A stretch of 64,000 nucleotides of DNA, from the NCBI RefSeq assembly GCF_009914755.1, contig NC_060925.1; one strand, 5' to 3'. Shown piece by piece: positions 52,503 through 63,100 of this stretch; position 1 is the stretch's first letter, and each line of letters starts with the position of its first letter. The notes beneath the pieces were generated by a model, which was not told where the DNA came from, made no database searches, and worked only from the letters and a program-made list of their open reading frames with translations. This stretch comes from the human T2T-CHM13v2.0 reference genome, Homo sapiens. A program made the translations under genes and the position numbers.

Positions 52503-53510
52503 TGCAGGCGGCAAGCCACCCAGGCACCGAGGCAAGAGACCAAGGACACGAGCTGTTCCAGTATAATAAAATATAAAACAAGAATAGTTATACCAGATAT
52601 AGATCTTAGATATGATCATATATGAATATCATTAATCATTAGTTGGCAGTAATTACTCTTTATCCCAATATTATAATAATCCTCACTCTACAATCATAAC
52701 CTAGGAAAAGCCAGGCCATACAGAGATAGGAGCTGAGGGGACATAGTGAGGTGTGACCAGAAGACAAGAGTGCGAGCCTTCTGTTATGCCCAGACAGGGC
52801 CACCAGAAGGGCTCCTTGGTCTAGCGGTGACGCCAGCGTCTGGGAAGACACCCGTTGCCAGGCAGACTGTGGTCTAGCGGTAGCGAAAAGTGTCAAGGAA
52901 CAACACCCGCTACTTAGCAGACCGGGAAAGGGAGTCTCCTTTTCCCCGGGGGAGTTTAGAGAAGACTCTGCTCCTCCATCTCTCGTGGAGGGCCTGACAT
53001 CAGTCAGGCTTGCCTGCAGTTATCCGGAGGCCTAACCGTCTCCCTGTGATGCTGTGCTTCAGTGGTCACACTCCTAGTCCGCCTTCGTGTTCCATCCTGT
53101 ACACCTGGCTCTGCCTTCTAGATAGCAGTAGTAAATTAGTGAAAGTACTAATAGTCTCTGATATGCAGAAATAATGGCGTAAGCTGTCTTTCTCTCTGTC
53201 TCCTCTCCCTCTCTGCCTCGGCTGGCAGGCAGGGAAGGGCCCCCTGTCCAGTGGACACGTGACTCACGTGACCTTACCTATCATTGGAGATGACTCACAC
53301 TCTTTACCCTGCCCCTTTTGCTTTGTATCTGATAAATAACAGTGCAGCCAGACATTCGGGGCCACTACCGGTCTCCACGCATTGGTGGTAGTGGTCCCCC
53401 GGGCCCAGCTGCCTTTTCTTTTATCTCTTTGTCTTGTGTCTTTATTTCTACACTCTCTAGTCGCGGCACACAGGGAGAGATCCACTGACCCTGTGGGGCT
53501 GGTCCCTACA
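52503..53510 (+). mobile_element. HERV-K LTR (LTR13-type, HML-4), 5' LTR, 1008 bp
   Basis: TG...CA termini (tgcaggcggcaagcc...ggtccctaca), matches recalled LTR13 consensus; followed by PBS and betaretroviral gag. Confidence 0.9.
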
Positions 53511-53512
53511 TC

Positions 53513-53531
53513 TGGCGATCTGACGTGGGGC
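53513..53531 (+). other. Degenerate tRNA-Lys primer binding site
   Basis: tggcgatctgacgtggggc, 2 nt after the LTR end; resembles TGGCGCCCAACGTGGGGC. Confidence 0.7.
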
Positions 53532-54399
53532 TCTCCCTCGCTGTGTGAAGTTGCACCCTGAGTGTGGGATCAGCAGAGGAGTTCAACGAGATATTCCTGA
53601 GGATTGCGGTCAATAAACTTGGTGGTAAGCTACAGCGCTCAGAGTATTCTGGGGACACCATGGGACAGGCCAGTACAAAGTACTCAGCTTATTTAAATTT
53701 TATAAAAACTCTTCTTAAAGAAGGAGGTGTTAAAGTTTCTACTGAAAAGTTAATTGAAGTATTTGAGGTTGTAGATCTTCTTTGCCCTTGGTTTCCGACT
53801 GAGGGAACTTTAGAACTTAAAGGTTGGGTTGAGATTGGCCAACAATTCAAAATTGCTCATAAGGGGGGACATTTTATCCCACCCACCATTTGGTCAATCT
53901 GGGCTTCAGTTCGCTTTGTCTTAGACTCCTTACAGACTCAGGAGGACAACATGGAGACTGATCCCTCTTTCCTCTCCTCTGAGGAGGTCGAGGAAGTTCT
54001 CAGTTCTTTTTAACCTGAGGATACTGCACAAATTGAGAACATAATTTCACAGGAGGACTTCCACTCTGACATGCCTGCGCCACCGCCACCTACGCCAGAG
54101 GCTACCACACCCCCGTTGTCGCTTTATGATGATCTTTTAACTGACCTAAATACACTTATTTCCCCAACCAGCAAAACTCAGTTGAAACATATCAACAGCC
54201 ATTGCAGCCAGACCCTCCTGTCTCTCCTCACTCTTTCAACGCTGCCGCCGTGCAAATAGCAGACGCGATCAGGCAGCCTGAAAACGAGTCTATAAATTAT
54301 GTTTCTATGTAGCCCGATACAGAGGCTCCGCTATCTGAACAGCCCAGAAAAGAGGCTTCCAATTCTCGGCCAGGTAATGAGGCCCTCAATCCTATTTCT

Positions 54400-54610
54400 C
54401 CTAATCGGACTCAGTTAGAGTCACAGACTACCTGGAAGCCTGGCTCCTTTCCTGCAAATCGGACTCAGAGTCACAGGCTCCCTGGAAGCCTGGTCCACTT
54501 CCTACAAATCAGACTCGGATAGAGTCACAGGCTCCTTTGAAGCCTGGATCCTTTCCTCCTACTCAGACTTGGCTAGAGTTACAGGCTCCCTTGAAGCCTG
54601 GTCTGCACTT
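54400..54610 (+). repeat. Four imperfect ~50-54 bp tandem repeats within the gag p15-like region
   Basis: Repeated unit ...agagtcacaggctcc(c/t)tg(g)aagcctgg...ttcct. Confidence 0.75.
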
Positions 54611-54818
54611 GCCGTGGCAGCCTGGTTTTCAGGCCCATGAAAGACCTGCTCAGCAGGTAATCTGGTCTCAACCTGGCTTTCAGTTTTTCAACTCTCCTTC
54701 TATTCAAAATTCTACCCCTTTTTCTGCTCCTGGTCCAGTCGCGACTGCTGTTGCCAATACTACCATTGCTGCTCATAAGCAACAAATTACATACATCCCT
54801 GAAGACGACACTCCGCTT

Positions 54819-56282
54819 ATGAGGGCTATAGTTCAGGCAAGGGAATATGGGGATCCCGAAGCCTGGCAATTTCCTGTAATTTTACAACCTCCAGTACCTG
54901 CCACCCCAACAGTACAAAATCACCCACAGCCTGTTGTTGATCCTGCCCAGCAGGCGGCTGACCCCGCAGCTCAACAGGATCAAGAGGCTGATAATCAAGC
55001 CCCTCAGCCCGAAACTCAGGCTGCTCAGGGAAATAATCAGCCTCCGCAATTGCCGGCTCCTGGGGCACAGCCAATACCTGGCATTCCCGCTGTTCAGGCG
55101 GTAGTTCAGCCTGACCCCATACATCCAGGTCAGGTTCAGCTACGCCCTGCTACTTGGGAAAGTTTTTCTTTTAAATTCCTCAAAGATTTTAAGGAATCAG
55201 TGAAACAATATGGCACCAACTCTCCTTTTGTCCGTTCCACATTAAAAGGCTTAGCAGAAGATAAACGTTTGGTGCCCTATGATTGGGAAATTTTAGCAAA
55301 ATCAGTCTTATCTAAATCCCAATATTTACAGTTCAGGACTTGGTGGGTTGATGCTGTCCAGGAACGCATTCATCTTAATCAGGGCTCCAATCCTCCTGTT
55401 AACGTTACAGCTGACCAGTTACTGGGAATGGGTCAATGGGCTGCAATCCGACACCAAACTATACTAAATGATGAGGTTGTTGAACAACTGCAAAAATGTT
55501 GCTTAGATGCTTGGGACAAAATTCAAGATGATGGTAAAGTATGCCCATCTTTCACAGCTGTCAGACAGGGACAACACGAACCCTACCCAGACTTCATTGC
55601 TCGTCTTCCAGACGCAGCAGAAAAGGCTATTCCTGATAGCCACGGCCAAAGACTTGTTGTAGAACTTATGGTTTATGAACAAGCAAATCCAGATTGTCAG
55701 GCGGCTATTCGCCCCGTCAAAGGCAAAATTCCACTTGGTGGTGATATACTCACCTCCTACGTTAAAGCCTGTGAAGGGGTGGGAGGAACTCTGCATACAG
55801 CAATGATTATGGCACAAGCTATGGCCTCTATTCTAATGCCTGGACAATTCTCTGGCCAATGCTTCCTATGCGGCCAGAAGGGACTTGCAAAAAGAAATTG
55901 CCCTCGGCGTGCAGGTCGCAGTCCTTTACATCACCAACAACAACAACAAAAAACTTTTCAGCAACAAGACGCCCCACCTTCTACTGTATGCCCACGATGC
56001 CAAAAGGGCTTTCACTGGGCATCTCAATGCCATTCCAGATTTGATATTGATGGCAATCCTTTACAGCCTTTTAAAAATCAGGGAAACGGGATGAGGGGCC
56101 GGCCCCAGGCCCCTTTAAACAATGGGGCATTCCTCAACTCTCAGCCCCTGGCGTCCAGCCAGACGGGAGCCTTCCCAGTTCAATCCATTCAACCTCCACC
56201 CCAATTCCCACTTCAGCGATGTAGGGACCAGCCCCACAAGGTCGATGGGTCTCTCCCCGTGTGCCGCGACGAGAGAGTATAG
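54819..56282 (+). CDS. Open Gag CA-NC reading frame (487 aa from first in-frame ATG), last ~20 aa from the antisense LTR
   Basis: Stop-free frame 54537-56282 in ORF track; first Met at 54819 in weak Kozak context; expression unknown. Confidence 0.35.
   Translation: MRAIVQAREYGDPEAWQFPVILQPPVPATPTVQNHPQPVVDPAQQAADPAAQQDQEADNQAPQPETQAAQGNNQPPQLPAPGAQPIPGIPAVQAVVQPDPIHPGQVQLRPATWESFSFKFLKDFKESVKQYGTNSPFVRSTLKGLAEDKRLVPYDWEILAKSVLSKSQYLQFRTWWVDAVQERIHLNQGSNPPVNVTADQLLGMGQWAAIRHQTILNDEVVEQLQKCCLDAWDKIQDDGKVCPSFTAVRQGQHEPYPDFIARLPDAAEKAIPDSHGQRLVVELMVYEQANPDCQAAIRPVKGKIPLGGDILTSYVKACEGVGGTLHTAMIMAQAMASILMPGQFSGQCFLCGQKGLAKRNCPRRAGRSPLHHQQQQQKTFQQQDAPPSTVCPRCQKGFHWASQCHSRFDIDGNPLQPFKNQGNGMRGRPQAPLNNGAFLNSQPLASSQTGAFPVQSIQPPPQFPLQRCRDQPHKVDGSLPVCRDERV
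56081..56087 (+). other. gag-pro -1 frameshift slippery site G GGA AAC
   Basis: In-frame CAG GGA AAC after the second zinc knuckle, followed by GC-rich sequence, as in betaretroviruses. Confidence 0.7.
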
Positions 56283-57227
56283 AAATAAAGACACAAGACA
56301 AAGAGATAAAAGAAACGGCAGCTGGGCCCGGGGGACCACTACCACCAATGCGTGGAGACCGGTAGTGGCCCCGAATGTCTGGCTGCGCTGTTATTTATTG
56401 GATACAAAGCAGAAGGGGCAGGGTAAAGAGTGTGAGTCATCTCCAATGATAGGTAAGGTCACGTGGGTCATGTGTCCACTGGACAGGGGGCCCTTCCCTG
56501 CCTGCCAGCCAAGGCAGAGAGGGAGAGGAGACAGAGAGAAAGACAGCTTACGCCATTATTTCTGCATATCAGAGACTATTAGTACTTTCACTAATTTACT
56601 ACTGCTATCTAGAAGGCAGAGCCAGGTGTACAGGATGGAACACGAAGGCGGACTAGGAGTGTGACCACTGAAGCACAGCATCACAGGGAGACGGTTAGGC
56701 CTCCGGATAACTGCAGGCAAGCCTGACTGATGTCAGGCCCTCCACGAGAGATGGAGGAGCAGAGTCTTCTCTAAACTCCCCCGGGGAAAAGGAGACTCCC
56801 TTTCCCGGTCTGCTAAGTAGCGGGTGTTGTTCCTTGACACTTTTCGCTACCGCTAGACCACGGTCCACCTGGCAATGGGCGTCTTCCCAGACACTGGCGT
56901 CACAGCTAGACCAAGGAGCCCTTTTGGTGGCCCTGTCTGGGTGTAACAGAAGGCTCGCACTCTTGTCTTCTGGTCACACCTCACTATGTCCCCTCAGCTC
57001 CTATCTCTGTATGGCCTGGCTTTTCCTAGGTTATGATTGTAGAGTGAGGATTATTATAATATTGGGATAAAGAGTAATTACTACCAACTAATGATTAATG
57101 ATATTCATATATGATCATATCTAAGATCTATATCTGGTATAACTATTCTTGTTTTATATTTTATTATACTGGAACAGCTCGTGTCCTCGGTCTCTTGCCT
57201 CGGCGCCTGGGTGGCTTGCCGCCCACA
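56220..57227 (-). mobile_element. Second LTR13-type LTR, 1008 bp, inverted relative to the first
   Basis: Reverse complement aligns without indels to 52503-53510, ~30 substitutions by manual count. Confidence 0.93.
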
Positions 57228-57714
57228 AAATTTAATTCATTTGAATATCTCCCCTCTAAGAGCTCATTCTTGCAATTATTTTTTACAAACATCTTGGAGA
57301 TATTTTCCTTTGTAAAAATCCTTTCTGTTTATATTAATGAAAACCTGTTGTTTCGAGTCTGATGGGAAGATCCCAGAAAGTGAGAATCACTGAGAGGTTG
57401 CCTGGCTCCTTATTAATCAGGTTTTTTTGGGAAGTATTGGCACATTCCAATTTTCTTAATAATTTAGGACAAGTCCAACCTATTTGAGTGTGTCAACAAA
57501 GAAGAAATGTGATATTAAAAAAAGAAAGAAAAAAGATGTGAGGTATTTTGTATGCCTAGAAACAGCACTAAGACATTTACTGACATCAACAGCTTCCAAT
57601 TCTGACAGTGTTAGAAAGGGAATTTTCAATGGCTGCTTTGAAATAACCCAGAAGACATTTTACACCACAATGAAATCTGCATTCTACTATGTCAGTAACA
57701 TCAGACAAGATGAG

Positions 57715-57787
57715 ATAAGACAGCAGAGCACAGCCCAGCACATCCCGGCACAGCACAACACACCTCAACACGGCACAACACAACACG
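57715..57787. repeat. Degenerate pentamer repeat (CAGCA/CACAA)n
   Basis: gcacagcccagcacatcccggcacagcacaacacacctcaacacggcacaacacaacac. Confidence 0.7.
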
Positions 57788-59215
57788 CTGCTTCTTCAAT
57801 TTAAAGCATACACTTCAGCCTAAAATGCAGACTTCCAAGTCCATTAACCCACTTGAGATGAGCAGGGAGACTGCATGCTGGGTGAGCAATACCAACAGAA
57901 AGCAACCGTGAGTCAGTTCTTTGAAATGGAATTGATCTTTTCAGTATGCTACCACCAATGTTTTGGAAATGTCCAGGCTAGCAATAGAAAAGAAAAATAA
58001 ACTAAAAGAAATCAAAATGTTAGTTTGTGTTTACAAATAAATCATGGTTGTTTAGAGAAAAAGTTGACAGCTGGGACTGAGGGGCTCTCTGGAACCTCTT
58101 CGCAGACCTTGAGGATGTTGCAGGAAGAAGAGAGAGGGCCTCGTTTGGGAGCTGTTCACCTCTGTCCTAATACAGGGCACCAGGTCCTGTTCCAATGGCA
58201 GACAGCATGGGAAGCCATTAATGTGCCTGAGTTCTGCAGTCAGACAGCTGGTGTTGGATCCTCTAACCAACTCTGTGACTGGACAGGTTAGTTAACCTCT
58301 TTGAGTCTCAGTTTCTTCCTCTTTAACATGGATATAACAGTACATACTTCACAGGTTTGTTATATGTATGCAATTATGTATGTATAAAACACAGTACTAT
58401 CTGTTCTTTGTGATAATCATGATTCTAACTATTACAGTGATTATTTTAGCCTTTCTTCTAATGATTTGACAGGAGTTATAGCCTCTTTCCAAGTGAATTA
58501 TGAAGAGCAAGAGCAAGTGTGGATAATATGGAAGCTCATTCCAGGTAATAAGGAGTGGTGAATATCACATTCATTTTAGTCTAGCCTTTTGGCCACAAGA
58601 TATTCCTGGACAAATATCATGAAGCATTATCCTAAAGTTGGTTGTAGTTTCCCATAGGAACACTATTATAATTTAATTCCACAAATATGAATTAAGTACC
58701 ATGATGCCCCAGGCATTGTGCCAGGGCCTGGCTAGTTATAAGGAAGTATAAGATGCTGCTTCCTGCTCAAGGATTCACAATCAAATGAGAAGAGGAAGCC
58801 CAGAAACTAGGAAACTTAATACAAGTAAGATTCTGGTGAGTGGGATCAAGTCCAAGGCTGCTTCTGAGGTCAGTCTGCCTGGGTTTAAATCTCAGCTCTA
58901 CCTCTTATGACATGTGTTTTTCTAACATTTCTGCATCTTGTTTTCCTTTGTGAAATTGGGATTAATAAAAATATTCATTTTGTGAGGTATTGGAAGGATT
59001 AAATAAAGTGATTTCTGTAGGGTTTAAGATGCTGGCTTGTCACATAGTAAACCTTGTAATGTTAGATCCACCATTTTTATTCAGTTGGAGCACAGAGAAA
59101 ATACTAATGCATTTTAATGGGGAGAATAAGGAAACTTCTTTGGTTAGATTTTTTTTTTCTTTTTTAAGTCAGGTATGGTAAGATCTTGAATAGTGGAAGA
59201 AGATAGACCAAAAAA

Positions 59216-59272
59216 GGAGACAGAGAGACAGAGAGAGAGAGAGTGATAGAGACAGAGAGAGAGAGAGAGAGA
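59216..59272. repeat. (GA)n-rich microsatellite
   Basis: gagacagagagacagagagagagagag... Confidence 0.9.
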
Positions 59273-59501
59273 ATAGAAAAAAACATCATCTGCAGAGGGA
59301 ACTGCTCAGAATGGAGAGTATTCTGCCTATTGAGGGAACGGCAAATAATGTTTAACTAGTAACAGAGCTCCAACTGGACTGGAGGGGAGGGACAGCAGGG
59401 CAGTTTGGGTCAGAGTACAGAGACCTCCTTCAATGTGTGCCCTAAAGCTGCTTTCCTATCCATGGATTCAACCTCAATGAAGGAGACCTGTATGCTGGTT
59501 A

Positions 59502-59917
<416 letters not shown>

Positions 59918-60196
59918 TTATGATGTACCAAATAGGCAAAATAACAACAAATAGAACTAAAGCTTGTGCTAATATTAAAGCTGTAATGAGAATTTGTCTG
60001 GTAGAATTTAGAAGGACTTTGCCAGGTATGATTTATATATGTATATAAAAATGACCTGTGACATTAAATGGCCAAAATAATAATCATTCCTTTGATTTCA
60101 GATATATCCTGAAATATTTGAAGCAAATATATATATTTGATATATTGATATATTTGAGGCAAATATGTCATTTACCTCAAAAGTAGACACTACAGA

Positions 60197-63100
60197 AGGG
60201 AATTGCTGGGTCATATGATAACTCTGTTAATATTTTGAGTATTGTCTAACTCTTTTCTAAAGTGTCTGCACCATTTGACACCCCCACCATCAAAGTATGA
60301 GGGTTCCAATTTCTCTACATCCTTATCAACATTAGTTATTGTCTATCTTTTTTATTGTAGCTACCCTGATGGGTGTGAAGTGGTATCTCATGGCTTTAAT
60401 TTTTCTTTCCCTAATGACCAATGATATCAAGCATCTTTTCATATGCTATTTGTCATTTGTATGTTTTCTTTGGAGAAATGACTATTCCAGTCTTTTGTCC
60501 ATTTTAAAATTGTGCCACTTTTTTAAGGTCGAATTGTAAGTGTGTGGGTTTGTTTTTTTTATCTTTGGATGTATTGTACATATAATTCACTTTTCTGGTA
60601 TATGTTTTGCAAATATTTTCTCCCATTCTGTAGGTTGTCTTTTCACTTTCTTGATGGTGATGGTATTTGAAGCTAAAAAGTTTAAAAACTTTTGATGATA
60701 TTTAGTTTACCTTCTTTTTCTGTTGCTTGATTATGGCTTGTACTTGTGCTTTCAGTGTCAGAGCTAAGATACCATTGGCTGATCCACAGTTATGAAGATG
60801 TATCCATGTTTTCTTCTAAGGGTTTTTATAGTTTTAGCTCTTACATTTGGGTCTACACATTTTTTAGTTAATTTTTGTATATGGTGTGACATAGGAGTCC
60901 AACTTTTTTCTTTTTCATGGGGATATCTAGTTATTCCAGTATCATTTGTTTAAACAACTGTTCTTGTTCCCCCTGAATTGTCTTGGCAGCCTTGTCAAAA
61001 ATCAATTGACCATAAATGTGAGGATTTATTTCTGGCATTTCTATTTTAATCCATAGATCTATATGTCTATCTTCATGCCAGTACCAGTAAGGTCTTGATT
61101 ACTGTATCTTTGTAGTAAGATTCGAGATCAAAAGATGTGATTCCTCACACTTTTTTTTTTCTTATTCAATATTTTCTGGCTATTAAGGTTCTGTATTAGT
61201 TGGGGTTCTCTAGAGGAATAGTATAGATGTATATATGAAGGGGAGTTTATTAAGGAGTATTGACTCACACAGTCACAAAGTGAAGTCCCACAATAGGCCG
61301 TCTGCAAGCTGAGGAGCAAGGAAGCCCAACCAAGTCCCAAAACCTCAAAAGTAGGGAAGCCAACAGTGCAGCCTTCAGTCTGTGGCCAAAGGCCCATGAG
61401 CCCCTGGAAAACCACTGGTGTAAATCCAAGAGTCCAAAAGCTGAAGAGCTTGGAGTCTGATGTTCGAGGGCAGGAAGCACCCAGCACGGGAGAAAGATGA
61501 AGTCCAGAAGACTCAGCAAGTCCAGTCCTTCCACTTTCTTCTGCCTGCTTTTATCCTGTCTGTGCTGGCAGCTGATTAGATGGTGCCCACCCCCAGTTTG
61601 AGGGTGGGTCTGTCTCTCCCTGTCCACTGACTCTATTGTTAATCTCCTTTGGCAACACCCTCACAGACACACTCAGGAACAATACTTTGCATCCTTCAGT
61701 CCAATCAAGTTGACACTCAGTATCAACCATCACAGCTTCCTTGCATTTTAACAGAAATTTTAGGACCAGCTTGTCAATTTATGCAAAAAAGCAACCTGAA
61801 ATTTCGAAAAGTATTGCATTAAATCTGTGGATCAATTTGGAGCATATTGCCATCTTAACACCATTAAGACTTTTAATCCATGAATATAGAAGGTCTTTAC
61901 ATTATTTAGGTCTACTTTAAATATTTCATTGACATTTTGTAGTTTTCAGTGTATAAGTCTTGCATTTCTTTTGTTAATGTATTTTATTCTTTCTATATTA
62001 TTGTAAACAAAATTATTTTCTTAATTTTATTTTTTGGATCCTTTAATGCTATTATTCATAAATACAACACATTTTTCTCTTTTGTTGTTATATCCTACTG
62101 TCTTGCTAAACTTGTTTATTAGTTCTAATAATTCTTTTTAGTGAAGTCCTTAGAATTATCTGTATTCAAGATGTCACATACAAATAGAGATAGTTTTACT
62201 TCTTCCTTTCCAATATGGATATCTTTTATTTCTTTTTCTTGTCTAATTCCCCTGGCAAGAAACAATTAGATGTAATTTTGATAATATCTATGTACTTTGT
62301 CTATGATAATATCAGGCTACTTTCAAATTAAATATTTTGTTTTACTAGACTTTACCTTGGCTGCTGGCTTTTCAAGCATCAGAGATATATAATAGTCAAG
62401 CTGCAGAAAGGCAGCCCTGCCAGAGATTTCCATGCAGCATCAGATTGAGACAAATAGAATGAGAATTTAGTCCTCTCTACCCCAGTCTACTTTGAAGATT
62501 AGGTAGAAATACAAAGAGAACAGCTAGTGGTTACTGAATGCTTGCTATGTGCAAGGTACTAAGCCAAGAGCTTTTGTCAATAATCTTATTTCTCAAGATA
62601 AATCAATGATAGATAAGATTAATATCACAATTTAATACAGAAAGCCAAGTTCAGAGGGACCAAACAAGTTGTAACAAATTATATGGCTAGAGATTGTGGC
62701 TGTATGAATAAACAAATGTATGCATGTGAGTGTTTTCCAGAGAGAACAGCGTTATTACCTAAGAGGAACCTTCTACACTAAGAAAGTCTAGGATTTTCTA
62801 TAAGAAAAAAGAGGCTGTCTTATCAGTGTTCATAGACCCACTGTTAAAGATACATTCATAATGTCATTGTTAGGGGATAGATGCTCTTAAAAATATTGAC
62901 TTCTGCCCTATGAATAGTACTCTAAAGAGTGTATTGTGAGGAAAATAAGCAAATATATGACCCCCTCTAAGTTTAGTAAAGTTCTTCAAAGGTCGCTTTC
63001 CCCATTGACATTATCTGATTTGATCTCATTAATACAATGCTTATATTTTAGTTTTTCCTCATATAGACCTTATACATATTTTTCTAGATTTGTACCTAAG

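Larger units (their letters stand above)
53660..56219 (+). pseudogene. gag: HERV-K (HML-4-like) gag: MA-p15 region disrupted, CA-NC frame open
   Basis: ATG 53660 MGQASTKYSAYLNFIKTLLKEGGVKV (myristoylated betaretroviral MA); stop at 54011 and a frameshift before 54537; major homology region VRQGQHEPYPDFIARL; knuckles CFLCGQKGLAKRNC and CPRCQKGFHWASQC. Confidence 0.93.

Noticed and set aside
54579-56664. Antisense and alternative-frame ORFs over gag and the 180-aa ORF 56122-56664
   Set aside because: Shadow frames of gag or antisense LTR sequence with no protease or dUTPase motifs visible.
56220-57227. Inverted LTR as an independent solo-LTR insertion into gag
   Set aside because: No TSD around it (CAGCGA vs AAATTT), no proviral sequence resumes after it, and its right flank matches the left flank of the first LTR.
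52503-57227. Inverted LTR as an assembly duplication artefact
   Set aside because: The copies differ at ~30 sites, mostly transitions, and both junctions fall exactly at LTR termini. Not formally excluded without reads.
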